Source: Lama guanicoe (taxonomy: Eukaryota). From it: a DNA stretch of 64,000 nucleotides. The position numbers and the translations under genes are program-made. This document shows positions 52,600 through 64,000 of this stretch, one piece after another. How positions within the stretch are numbered: the stretch's first letter is position 1; each line of letters opens with the position of its first letter. The DNA lies in the NCBI GenBank assembly GCA_013239625.1, contig MU053629.1:3375567-3439566 (forward strand), in the 5' to 3' direction. The notes beneath the pieces were generated by a model. That model made no database searches, was not told where the DNA came from, and saw only the letters and a program-made list of their open reading frames with translations.

Positions 52600-53010
52600 A
52601 GTGCTAAGAGGTTTCATCAGGGTCAAAGGGTTGTAGATAAAGAAGGAAAGAGGATTTGCTATTGACTAAAGATTCTCAGGAATATTCCTTGTCCAGAGCT
52701 GATCAAGTCCATTCCACGATCACCCTCTTACCCCACTCCCCGTTCAGCAGGAAGTAGCCAGAGCAGTGGACACCCTTTTTCCCCACGAGCCTGTGGAATG
52801 GACATGGACAGTGGGGAATTGTAATAGGGAAGAACCAATCTGACTCCATATTGGATCTATTTCTTTTACTTTAACCTTTATAGTCTGCTGCTTCTGCTAC
52901 AAGTTCATCACTAAAGGGATGTTGCCTCTAAGTTTAAATTATACATAATGGCCCATCTCTGGGAACCCTGCCTCCCAGGTAATGAGCGGTAAGCTAAAAT
53001 ACCTTGAAAG
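52600..53010 (+). mobile_element. ERV1-type fragment: internal 3' end, polypurine tract and start of the 3' LTR
   Basis: The motif gttcagcaggaagtagccagagcagt is typical of ERV1 internal 3' ends. It is followed by purine-rich ggacagtggggaat directly before tgtaatagggaagaaccaatctgactccatattgg (LTR start near 52820). Confidence 0.6.
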
Positions 53011-53449
53011 CCAAAATAAGTATTCCCTGTTGGGGGTGTGGCTGGTTTACACCACTGAACTGCACAGAGGGGATGAAAGGGAGAGAAGCTCTAGCCAGGA
53101 GGCGAGGCTCACACCCGTCCACAGGTGTCACTCGGCACACCCGGCGTGGCCTGCGCTGATCACCCTCCTGCCACCTGCCCGGCCCTGAGCTGTGCCTCAG
53201 AGACACAAGGGAACAACACGAGTCCGCTGCAGTCCATCTGAGGCGACCAAAGCAGCAAGTGACTAAGTCCAGCTGGGAGCCTGTGGAAGACTTTGCGGCA
53301 TGGAGGGGACTTCAGGTGGACAGAAGATGGAAAGGGCGAGCAGCGGGCGTTCGCCAGCACTCAGAGGCGGGAGCGTGCAGGTGGTGCTGGAGAGACGAGG
53401 CGGGTGCACGCGGCACAAGGCAGAGGGCAACGTGGGAAATCTGGGCGGC

Positions 53450-53712
53450 ATCTTCCCAAATCAGCTTCCATGAAACACCAGTCCATGAGGTATTGATAGA
53501 ACTCTCCCAAAGATTTCCACGAGCACCCAGGTTCCAGAAATGCTGCGTGCTGGGTCCCCATCTTAAGTATCCACAGTGTATCTGAGCAGAACTTAGGCTC
53601 TTAGACCCGGAGTAAAGAGTCCTGTTTGTTTCACCCAGTGTTTCCCGTAGAACTTCCTAGTGAGCTCGGCAGCAGCAGAGCTGTCCAGGACACCCCTCTG
53701 GAAAACTGCTCT
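53450..53712. mobile_element. hAT-Charlie MITE remnant (MER102-like)
   Basis: Ends cttcccaaa..gcttccatgaaacaccagt and ggacacccctctggaaaactgc form an imperfect inverted pair. Internal motif tcacccagtgtttccc. Confidence 0.45.
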
Positions 53713-56700
53713 TCTCCATCAAGGTCAAGTCCCAAGGAAGTTCTGGTCCTGTCAGTCTCCATCCTTCGTTTGTTTTCATTTGCTTGTGCTAACACGGAGG
53801 GCCTTCTGTGTTAAAGGGACTCTGCCACTGGACATTAAAGAGACACTGGCATCATAGCAAAGGATCCCACCTCCTGGCCTGGACCTTCTGTCCTGGCCTA
53901 GGTTGGCCCTGCAGGCTGAGCAGACCTGAGAGACGGCGGCATCCTCTGAAGGGCCCGCCTTCAGCCGGGGCACCGCCATCACCAGCACCAGCACCTGCAG
54001 AGTCCAGCTTGTCTCTCTGATGGCAACACACACCTGGCCAGACACCAGCTGCTCACATTAGCCAAGATGCATAAAACTGGGGCAGAGGGCAGACAGGCAA
54101 ACAGATGGCCTCCGCCCCAGGATCAGTTGTTGTGACCTCACGGTCCATCTGTGCAAAAATCCTCCCCCACCTGCTCCGCTTCCACCACCTGCCGAGTCCT
54201 CCTGCCTGTGCCAAAATCTTGGGCACTGGAGCCTGGTCCGTGTACCTGGAACCTGCTCTCTGTCCATCCCAGTGTCCTCCAGGGAGCCCTTCCTTCTCAA
54301 CAAATTTGTATCAGCAGCAGGGGTGGCAGGGGTCGGCCAGTATTTTGTGGGCCCTGGGAGATTCCCACTCACACAACGCTGGGGATCGATTGGTAGGGGC
54401 TGCTTGGAATGCTCTGCTGAGAAACCGGGGCTGAGAGGCATGCATGCCATGATTGATTGGTAATGCCTGTCATGGGCACTGAGTGGGAGAGGGGTACACA
54501 GGTGCCATGCACTTGCTGTCCCTATCCTACGTCGCTGAACAACTGCTGGAACTTTGGACATGGCTCCTCCCTAGATGAACCATCTGGATGTGGCCTCAGC
54601 TCTTCCCTCCAGGCCTCAGAACCTGCACGTGGCCTTCCGTCCCTTCGGTCCACTAAGCACACTTCACAGGCAGGGGCTTTGCTGTGCTGTGCTCACTGCT
54701 GTCCCCAGCACCCAGAGCACCGCCTGCACGGAGAGGGGCCTCGATGCATCTTCGTCCGCTCCCCAAAGTGCTGACTCTCCAGCCAGCCACCGCCCCCAAC
54801 CTCTCAGCTACCTCCAGCCTCCGGATCAGCCACAGGCCCGTGTCTGTCCTGACAGAGGCCGCTAAAGACCTGTCCTGGCAGCAGGTTGTACCACACGGGG
54901 CAGTCCACCCTGTGCTGACGGTGCACCGCAGAGATACCAGTCTGTCGGCGATGGAGACAGTGGGGCACTGTGACATCCTGACAGCGGTTCAAAGACTCCT
55001 GCCTTGGCCACCCCGCCAGCACCGGGGTATGTCTGCTCCAGGAACCAGCACAAGGCTGGCATTGAAGCCCACTCAATAGCTCAAGCTGCAATGGGGGACT
55101 GGCTGGTGTTCCGAGAGGCTCATGAAAAGGCGCTTTCAGGCTCGGGGCGCAGCAGAAGCAAACCCCAAACCGGGGCTGATAAAGCAAACATCTCGCATTC
55201 CTCCCAGCATGTGGGTGGATAGAGAGAGATTTCTATCTTCTATTTATAGAACACACACACTCCTCTCTATTTTTTCCTGAATAAAACAAAAAACGCCAAG
55301 TTTGCACTCATTGGGGTAAATGCCAAAGTTATCATCCTGTCTGGCGGACTTTCTCCTTCATCTTCCCACTGCTCTCTCAGCTGGCTCCCAGTCCCCAAGC
55401 CCCTCTCTGTTTACTGGCCTTGCTGGGGGGGGTCTGATTAGTGCGAGATGAAAAGAGGAGCCGCCATCAGCCCATAATTAACAGGCTTCACCCTTCGCCT
55501 TGATGAAGCCTCCTGCCCTCCAGCCATCCCACCAGGGGTCAGGCTTATGTTGAACGCTTTCTAATCTCCCTGCGCTAAAAAAAAAAAAAAATAAAAGTTA
55601 AAAAAAATAAATCCACAGCTCATAATCTCCAAAAGAGTGATTCCCCAAACACAGGAGCACACAGAAATTCCCAGCGCCAACGTGGAAGCCCTGCCAGGTG
55701 CCTACCAGCACTGGGATAAATCAGGGGATTGGAGTCACCTCCTGAGACATGGTAAATGTCCTCATCCCAGGGCTCCAGCGCCCTGATAAATTCTGCTTTC
55801 TCCTTGCCCAGGAAGACTCGGGCTGCAAATCCTGAAAATGGCACAACGGACACCTGCAGTGCCCGTTAATCAGGGTCAGAAGACTGTCCTGTCCCCTGTG
55901 CCCTCAAGCCCTGCAGGGACCAAGTGGCCCTGACATTAGTCAGCTTCGGAGAGGAATCACAGCTTATCCCTGGGGGCGGGGTGGGGGAGAGGGTGGGGGA
56001 GGGGGTGAAGCAAGGTGCAGGGAGCGGGGACAGGGGTGTAGGAACCAACAAATTCACGAAGCACCCACCTCCCTCCCCCAGTATAAGCAGCCCCTGGGCT
56101 CTGAGCCCGCAGCCCGCCCATTCCCAGGCAGGCAGCTGCTGCACCCCCAGCCTCCAGCCCCTCTGAAGACGATGGGAGAACACTTATCTGTGTTCTAAGG
56201 CCATTCCATTTCTCACAGAGCAATTATCTCCATCTTTCCATTTCTTTGCAAATCAGGGCACACTCAGCTGGCCTGGCCAAGCCCGAGGCTGCCTGCCCCC
56301 ACACCAACCCAGCCTACTCCAGACTTGCTCTGCTTCCCCTCCCACCCCGTCTCAGGGCTGCGTGGCTCTCGGAACTAAGGGGGTCCCTCCTGCCCTGGCA
56401 TTAAATCATGGCCACATCCCCAAAACCCCCACAGACAAATCAGTCACTCAGGGCTGTATAGCTCCACGGGGATTAGTCCCCATTCCTGCCCATTCTGGAA
56501 AAGTAAAAGTAAAAACATTTCTAAAACTGCAAGATGCAACCAACAAGTGCTCGGATGGGAAAAGAGCACTGAGGGATGGGGCCCTGAGAATTATGCATCC
56601 CTGAAAGGTCAAGTCTCCCAACAGGCTGAGCTTTGAGGATAAAGGCCTGGACAGCAAACCACGTGGTATCAGGACTGGCACCTGGACAGACCTGGGAGCA

Positions 56701-56784
56701 TCACCTGGCCAATGCCTTCTCCCGCAGGAGGGGAAAGCGCCCCAGGTGACTTACACAAGTCACATGACACATTGGCACCAGGGC

Positions 56785-57012
56785 TTATGGAAGGGAATAG
56801 TGGAGTTGGACAGGCATGGATTCAAATCCCGACTGCACCTGACTGGTTCCAGCCTGGATAAAATTATTTACCTTCTTTGGGACTATTTCGCATCAGCCAC
56901 ATTAGGTGAGACGCAACTTCACCTAAGGACCGCTAGGACATTAAGTGAGTCAGCAGATAAAGTGCTTGGTCCAGAATCTAGCACATAGAATGTGCTCAAT
57001 AAAACATTAGCT
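56785..57012 (+). mobile_element. MIR SINE
   Basis: tggagttggacaggcatggattcaaatccc...aaagtgcttgg...ctagcacatagaatgtgctcaataaa. Confidence 0.7.
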
Positions 57013-58384
57013 TCCTTCCGACTCCTATCCCCCACCTCAAAGGCCCTTCCAACTCTGTAATTCTGAATTCTAGAATTTCTAAGGAGCTGGGGAAATGCTC
57101 ATGGAAAAATCCTCCGCTGGAAAATCTAGGTTTGGCTGTATGTGTTTGGTGGTGCTGGGGTCAGTCTTAACTGTACAGTTATCAAGATGGTCTCATCTTT
57201 CATCTGTCCATTCAGCAAACATTTGTTGAACCCTTGCCAGTCATTGGGACACACAGACAACTCCAACAGGCCCTGCCCGGAGACCCTAAACACCTGCTGG
57301 AGGCTGCGTGGGAATGGCCGTGAGAGGGCAGTGGACCCGGGATGGGGCTTAATTCAAAGCACTGAGGTCTCTTCCCTGGCAGGAAGCCTCAGGCAAACGT
57401 GATGGGTTATCAGAGACCTTCACTGGAATTGGTGCATAACAGCCCCGCAGGTCCTCCACACGTGGAATCCGGCCCATCTCCATTCCAGGTGCCTCTGAAT
57501 CCACTCCTGATCGGGGCTGCCTCCTCTAAACAGAGGGCAGTCTGTTCTCAAGCTTGTCCAGCCTCCCAGCTCCACGCTGTCAGGACTCTCCCTTGGGTCT
57601 TTCTTCCTGAGTTCCAGCTCAGCTCAGGAGCACCTCAGCTTCCCTCTGGCCCCATTCATTTCCTCTGCCAACTAAGTCACTAACTTGCTGTGTGACCTGG
57701 GGCAGGTTGCTCTCCTTCTCTGAGCCTCACTCTCTGTTTGTCCCCAGAGACTGGGGCCAGACTGTAACCATCTCTTGGACCCCTCCAGCTTTACAAGTTC
57801 ACCTGCAGTGCGTCTCCCTTCCCTGCTCTCCCCCTCCTCACATTCTTTTCTCTCTCCCACCCCCACACCGGGTTTGCCCCATCTCCCAGCAGCGAGGAGA
57901 TAAAGCAGAGGAGGCGGGAGGACTGGACTGTAGTCTTGGATGCCGGAGATCTCACTTTGCTGCCCTGAGCCTCCTTTTCCTCTGTGACTACATGGGACGA
58001 ATAGGAGAACAGCAGGTCTCATGAGGACTAAACTGCAGCCCAGCACAGGAAATGCAGGTGCAAGTGGCATTGTGAGGGTAGGAACCCTTAGCTCCTGCCC
58101 ACCTCTCTGTCCCATCCTCAGCATCCTTTTGAACACTGGCCTCTTGCCTCCTGCTCTATTCCAACCCAGGGACCACAGCAGGGCAGCCTTTGCCCCATCA
58201 CACCTCAGGGACCTCGTCTTCCCAGTCAGGAGCAGCGGGGCTTGGCTGTTGGCTTGCAGACATGTGCATCAGACTAGGGCAACCTCTCCAAGTTTCCTTC
58301 TAGAATCTTCCATATGTCTCTAGGCCAGGAGAATCTGAAGCCAGACACCAACTATCCCAAAGCCTGAAGGGTCCTACACCTAAG

Positions 58385-59428
58385 CACTGGTAGTGGAAAC
58401 GTGCATCAGTGTGTCCTGGAAAGCAATTTGGCCATATGTAGCAACATGTTTTAACGTACACTCTCTACCCAGCATTCCACTGCTGCAATTTCATTTTTAA
58501 AAACTGACCAAGGCCCAGGATAGGTTGAAGAATGTTTCTGCATCATCTCTTAATAAAGAGATATTTATTGCAGCGTTGAGACAATCTGAATGCCTAAATC
58601 AGTGGGGTCCTTGCTAAATAAATTCCACCATGTATACATAGCAAAATATGATGCAAACATTAAAAATACTGATGTGTGAGAAAATACGGGCACCTACACA
58701 CTGGAACATTAATAGTGGCCAACTGCAAGGGGAGGGGAAGAGAGAAACCACACAGGACTTGTGCTTTCCAAGTCAAATGTTTCTGTTGTTATATTAGTGT
58801 TTCTCACAATAAGCACTATCATCATTATAACCATAAAAGCAAATATCTTTTAAGAATATACGTAAGGCAATCCCGCTCCTGGACGTATATCTGGAAAAGA
58901 TGAAAACTCTAATTCAAAAAAACACATGCACCCCAATATTCATATAGCAGTACTATTTACAATAGCCAAGATGTGGAAGCAACTTAAACGTCCATTGACA
59001 GATGAATGGATAAAGAAGATATCATATATATATAATGGAATATTATTGCTCAGCCACTAAAAAGAATGAAATAATGCCATTTGGAGCAACAGGATGGACA
59101 TAGAGGTGATCATACTAAGCGAAGTAAGTCAGACTGAGAAAGACAAATATCATATGATATCACACATGTGGAATCTAAAAAAAAGATACAAATGAACTCA
59201 TTTACAAAACAGAAACAGACCCACAGTCATAGAAAACAAACTTATGGTTACCAAAGGGGAAAGCACTGGGGCATGGGGAAGCGGAATAGATTAGGAGTTT
59301 GGGATTAACAGATGCACACTACTATATATAAAAAAGATAAACAACAAAGACCTACCGTATAGCACAGGGAAATATATTCAATATCTTGTAATAATCTATA
59401 ATGGAAAAGAATCTGAAAAAGAACAGAT

Positions 59429-59464
<36 letters not shown>

Positions 59465-59790
59465 ACTGAATCACTTTGCTGAACAGCTGAAACTAACACA
59501 ACATTGTAAATCAACTATACTTCAACTGAAAAAAAAAAAACCAGTGGAAATAAAAAAATAAATTAAGATAATATCCGTAAGTTCACTAACATGTAAAGAG
59601 GACCCTGATGTATGTGAAGAACACAGGTTACAAAACAGCATGAACTTTACAACTGCATTGTGTGTGTGTGCGGTAAGTGTGTTGAGAGTGAGCAAGAAAA
59701 GAGAGATGTCCGGAAGGATGTTAAAAGTATTAACAAAGGTGTCTGGGTGATGAGATTTTAGGTGACTGACTTTGTTCTCTACACATTTCT
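58385..59790 (+). mobile_element. Old L1M 3' remnants with a younger L1 nested inside
   Basis: cactggtagtggaaa...ctggaaagcaatttggccatat...cccagcattccact on the left, and ggaaggatgttaaaagtattaaca..gtctgggtgatgagattttagg on the right. Confidence 0.6.
58867..59569 (+). mobile_element. 5'-truncated young L1 (ORF2 end plus 3' UTR), antisense to MEGF11, with TSD
   Basis: Homologous to 37985-38660, with an internal (TG)n(TA)n and poly-A at 59529-59540. TSD aatat(a/c)cgtaag at 58855-58866 and 59570-59581. Confidence 0.92.
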
Positions 59791-60394
59791 GTTTGCATTT
59801 TCTGGGATGAGCTGGACTCAGCTCTTCAATTTGACAAACCACAATAAAGCCATCTTAATTTGCAAAGGAGGCAGGGCCCTCTGTCGGTGTCCCATAGCTT
59901 ACCCTTCTCTGGGCGCAGACACTGCTCACTGCTCCTTGGGGTGCATGTTCCCAAAGAGCAGGGATTTATGAGCCCTGAGCCCGCTACCCTTGGGGACACA
60001 GGGTGCCTGATGGAGCTGTCCAGGCAGCCCTGGAAGCCAGCAAGCTGGGGGGGGCGGGAGTTGCCATTACAACTGTATGGCATGTGTCCGTGCCGTGACT
60101 GTATCCGTGCTGTGATTAAAAACATTATGCCATTTCAAAGACCCACAGTGATCTGATGACACAGAAAATGGATGGATAACTTATGATTTTGTCAGCTCTA
60201 TCTGGTACAATAGATGAACCAGGTTTTCAGATTTTAAAAGAAATTCATTGCAGCCCTTCGTCCATGACACTGATTAATTCTGGCTCTCAGCCTGGTCAGG
60301 TCAGCTCAGGGAGCTTCACCCTCACTCCAGCGCCTGCTTCCCCACGGGCTCTGCTCCTCCAGGGTAACAAGCACCGGGGCCCTGGCCCCAGTTC

Positions 60395-60540
60395 CTGGGT
60401 CCTCACCCCAGCTCGGCCTCTCACTGACTGTGCGGCCTTGGGCAGGTGGCTTAACCTCTGGGAGTCCCAGCTTCCTCCTCTGTGAAGTGAAAATAGTGAG
60501 AGAACCTGACTCACAGGGTCCTGAGAAGCCAAAGAGAGGA
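60395..60540 (+). mobile_element. MIR SINE
   Basis: ctcggcctctcactgactgtgcggccttgggcaggtggcttaacctctgggagtcccagcttcctcctctgtgaagtg. Confidence 0.75.
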
Positions 60541-63500
60541 GGCTAATGAGAAGGGCCTGTAGACAGTAAAACGCTGAGGAAAATGTGGTCCTTACCCTCT
60601 TGCTGAGGAGCGGGGGGGATGCGATGCGGTACTCCTGGGGGAGAGGGATGTGCAGACACAGAGAATGAGTTTATCAGGATCCCCTGAAAAGGATCGCCTC
60701 CTTGGGGTGGGGCAAGTCCGCCAGAACACAGAGAAAGCGACTCAAGATGAATTTCAGTAAGTTTGCAACTCAGCCCAGCCCAGGCCCTGCTGTTCCACAG
60801 CCTAAGCAGGATATGATTCCAAGTCTGGAACCAGAGGCCAATTTGGCTTCGTTTCTGGTCTATGCTGTGCCTGACAACCATCCTCCCAGCCACGAGCATT
60901 TGTAAGAAAACGGTTCCTCCGAACTCTGGTTTCCTGGAGGAGCAAGACACTCCCTCACCTTCCAGAACATCAGTACTCGGCACCCCTTCCCCAAGGAAGG
61001 AGCCCCTAAAACAGCACCGCCCCAGATGCAAATCTAGCCTCATCTCCCCAGGTTTAATGCGCGGAATGGCACACGACTCCCAGAGTCATTGTTTTCCTGG
61101 CCTGATGATGCGTTGTTTATTTCAGTATTTTCCAGGAACTTGCTTATTAAGGATGGAAGCACCTGCTTACTGTAAGAGAGCATTACACAGAGACTCTGGC
61201 ATGGGGACCTGGGAAGAACATTAATTAATGAAGCGAAACAGAACAAACACGCCATAAATTAAAGGTCTAAAAAGAAATGTCTGGCAACAGTGGGTAAGGA
61301 CAGAGGGATGAAATGAAACATCATATTTTTAGACCACGGTGGTGTTTAAAAAAAAAATGAGAGGGAAAAAAATTACAAAAGGTGGCAGAGGTAATGATCT
61401 ATTTCTGGAGTGACTAAAGCCTGTGCTTCCATTAAGAGAATTATAAATCAATTCTCTTTTGTCTGGGGGCATATATGCGCAGCGTGTGCTAAATTACAAA
61501 GCTTAACGTGTCAGAGCAGTTCCTTCCGAGGGTTCCATGGAACAATGCCGACTGAGGCATCAGGCCTGAGAGAGGCGTGGCAGGTTGTGGGGAGGAAGTT
61601 AGGAGGATCTGAGCCGTGTTGCTGAGTTAGACCCAGCCGGGCACAGGCCCTCCGGGGCACCAGTGTCTGAGAGCAAATGCAGCCCAACCTCCATTAACTG
61701 GAGTCTTTGATTAACTGGGGGGGCCACCAAAGTCATGGGCCACACTCATCGCTGCATTTCCACCCCGGATTTTTTTTTTCTCTCTCTCCGGAAAAGCAGT
61801 TTCCGGGGCTAGCTTCTATGCCCATCATTCATTCAGCTTCATTTTCCTCACTTCATACCCACACCCGAACAAGGACAAGGCCCTGAGGAATGATGGCCCT
61901 GAAATCATGCCAAATCCTAATCAATTCAAAGAGAGTTGATGACACTCACCATAATCCACTTATCAAGGCAGGAAAGGAAATGGGCACAATTGCAGAAAAA
62001 CAAACAAACAAACAAACAAAAGGCTTTGGCAGCAAGCGCCCCAACCATAGAATGGTCTTCTCTGCCTAACTTCCAGCTCAACAGGAAACTCAGCAATGTG
62101 AACAGCCCATCCCTCAAGGCCAGGCGGAGGCAGGGCATGTTCCCCTCTCTGACTCTGGCTTCTCCAAGTCACTTTCTGCCCTTTCTGCAGGCAGCTCGAG
62201 CCGTGAGGCACTAACCTCCAATACGCTGAATCACCGATAGGCAGAAAACGGGAAGCTTGTGCCAAGTCTAACCACGCTTCCCCAACGTTTTAATTTTCTG
62301 GCGTGCCCACAAATTTCTAAATCAGCCGTAACACGTAGAGGGACTCAGTGGGATGGGAAGAACGGGAGGCAGGCCACAAGCTTGGTAGACTGACCTCTGA
62401 CATAGACGTTTTGCCACGCCAAGATGGGGGCGGTGGTGGTGAGGGGGCAGAAAGAAAAGGGGAGTGAGGGCAGGTAGGAGATGGATCCGGGGGGGCTGGG
62501 TGTGCACAGCTGGCTAGCAAACCAGGACTGAAGTTTGAGATCAAGTGAGCATTGTGTACCAATGCCTAAGAGCACGTACTAAGGATGCTCTGTTAATACA
62601 CCCTGCTGGATAAGAACCTGACTCCAAGACTGAACGTTCTATTCTCTCATCAATCATGGAGCATCTTACTGAGCCCCAGAGGAAAGCAGGAAATAAATGG
62701 CTCCCGAGAGCCTGTCCTGTGCTGGGCACTGAGCTGGGCACCTGGCCAACCTCGTCTTCACAGCAGGTCTGAGAAGTAGGTGCTATGATTTCTGTTGGCA
62801 AGTGATGACACAGAGGCTCACGGTTTAGAAGTGCATGAACCAGATCTGAACTCAGGACTGCCTGCTTGTCTATCACCGTGCTGCCAGGTATGTCTTTGCC
62901 CTTCCCATCTGGTGCATACAAGCACACGTCTGTGTATGTGAGTATGTGTCCAGACGTGCTGTGTGCGGCACGTGGGGGAGGGACGGGGTCATCTCATTGG
63001 ATCAGAGCTTCCTCCATTCTCACTGAGTCTGAGCAGAGGAAGAGGGTGTCCTATGCTATTGTGGGAAGAGGGCTGGCTTGGGCCAACTGTGGGATCTTGG
63101 GCCAATCTCCTGCCTCCCTGTTGTTTCATCGTCCTCTGTGAGCTGAGAGGAAGCCTTTCTTAGCTGGTTCTTCATCTGAACCACAGAACCCAAAAAATTA
63201 CTTCTGTGACTATTTTGTCAGCTCTCCCAAGAATGGTACATAACTCATACCATTCTAGATGCATAGGAGAAAAGCCAGTCCACTCCCTACAGGGGATGGC
63301 ATACGGCTCAATTCTCTCCTGAACCTAACTGAGAAACTACTAGATGGTCTGGAAGGTCCCTATGGCTCTGACATCAGGAGACGGGTGAGAGGCTGTGTGC
63401 CTCCACTACAGGAACAGGGCAGTGATGGTCCTGAGTGTAGCCGAGGTTGCAGGTGAGGATGCCAGACCCCCTGGACCAGATTATCTTTGTTTACAATGTC

Positions 63501-64000
63501 CTCCATGTGTATTTCCCTTGTGTCATCCCTTAGCCTAACCACCTTCTTAAATGTACCAATCTCACCTCCACTGTGACTTGAGGAATCAAGGGAGAAACTG
63601 GGGACAGGCGTTCAAGGGGATAAGCCCCACCTCTCACTGTCTACCCCTGGGGTTAGCCAGGTGGGGAGGGAGCAATAACTGGTAAGAGATCTGAATGGGA
63701 TCAATAATTGAGCACATGGCCCCCCAAACCTCCTCCACCCTCAGAGGACGTGGAGTTTTAGTGCCGAAGGGGCCAGTTCCCCAGCAAGGCAGAGCCATGG
63801 TTTGTGCCCCAGAGATGAGCAGGGCCCCATTCAGAAAATACTCTAATACCTTAACAAGCAAAAGCACTTCTAGCCCCTAACTTTCAGCTCAGTCCGTGGA
63901 GCAGGCAGATGCCAGGATGCCACCGAGGCAACCGGGAAGAGGCAGCGCACTGTGGAATTCTGCAGCCACCACAGCCCAGCTCTCAAGAAACCTCTGGCTC

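Overview
Mammalian genomic DNA, not prokaryotic. The window lies entirely inside the 5' part of MEGF11 (multiple EGF-like domains 11), which is transcribed on the minus strand. Four coding exons can be read with GT-AG sites and matching phases: 49030-49135 (ATG at 49127), 44725-44826, 40841-40941 and 1753-1845. Together they encode 131 residues plus 1 nt: a signal peptide, an EMI domain and the first EGF-like repeat. The first exon (beyond 64000) and all downstream exons (before position 1) are outside the window. The rest is intron, including a 39 kb intron, filled with MIR, L2, L3/CR1, old and young L1, MaLR/ERVL LTRs, hAT MITEs, two related ERV solo LTRs, an ERV internal/PPT/LTR junction fragment and one tRNA-derived SINE. 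The SINE resembles the camelid type, so the species is probably a camel, alpaca or llama (inference). Almost all ORFs in the supplied track are spurious. I see no new multi-gene system. The best leads are a stop-free rolling-circle frame if exons 2-4 or 2-5 back-splice, three stacked acceptors at the start exon, candidate recursive, micro and poison exons, and repeat-free islands with OTX/CRX, ONECUT, SOX and MEF2 motifs that may be retinal or neural enhancers. Repeat family names and orthologue comparisons come from memory of consensus sequences, not from database searches. Exon numbering follows my recollection of the human gene.
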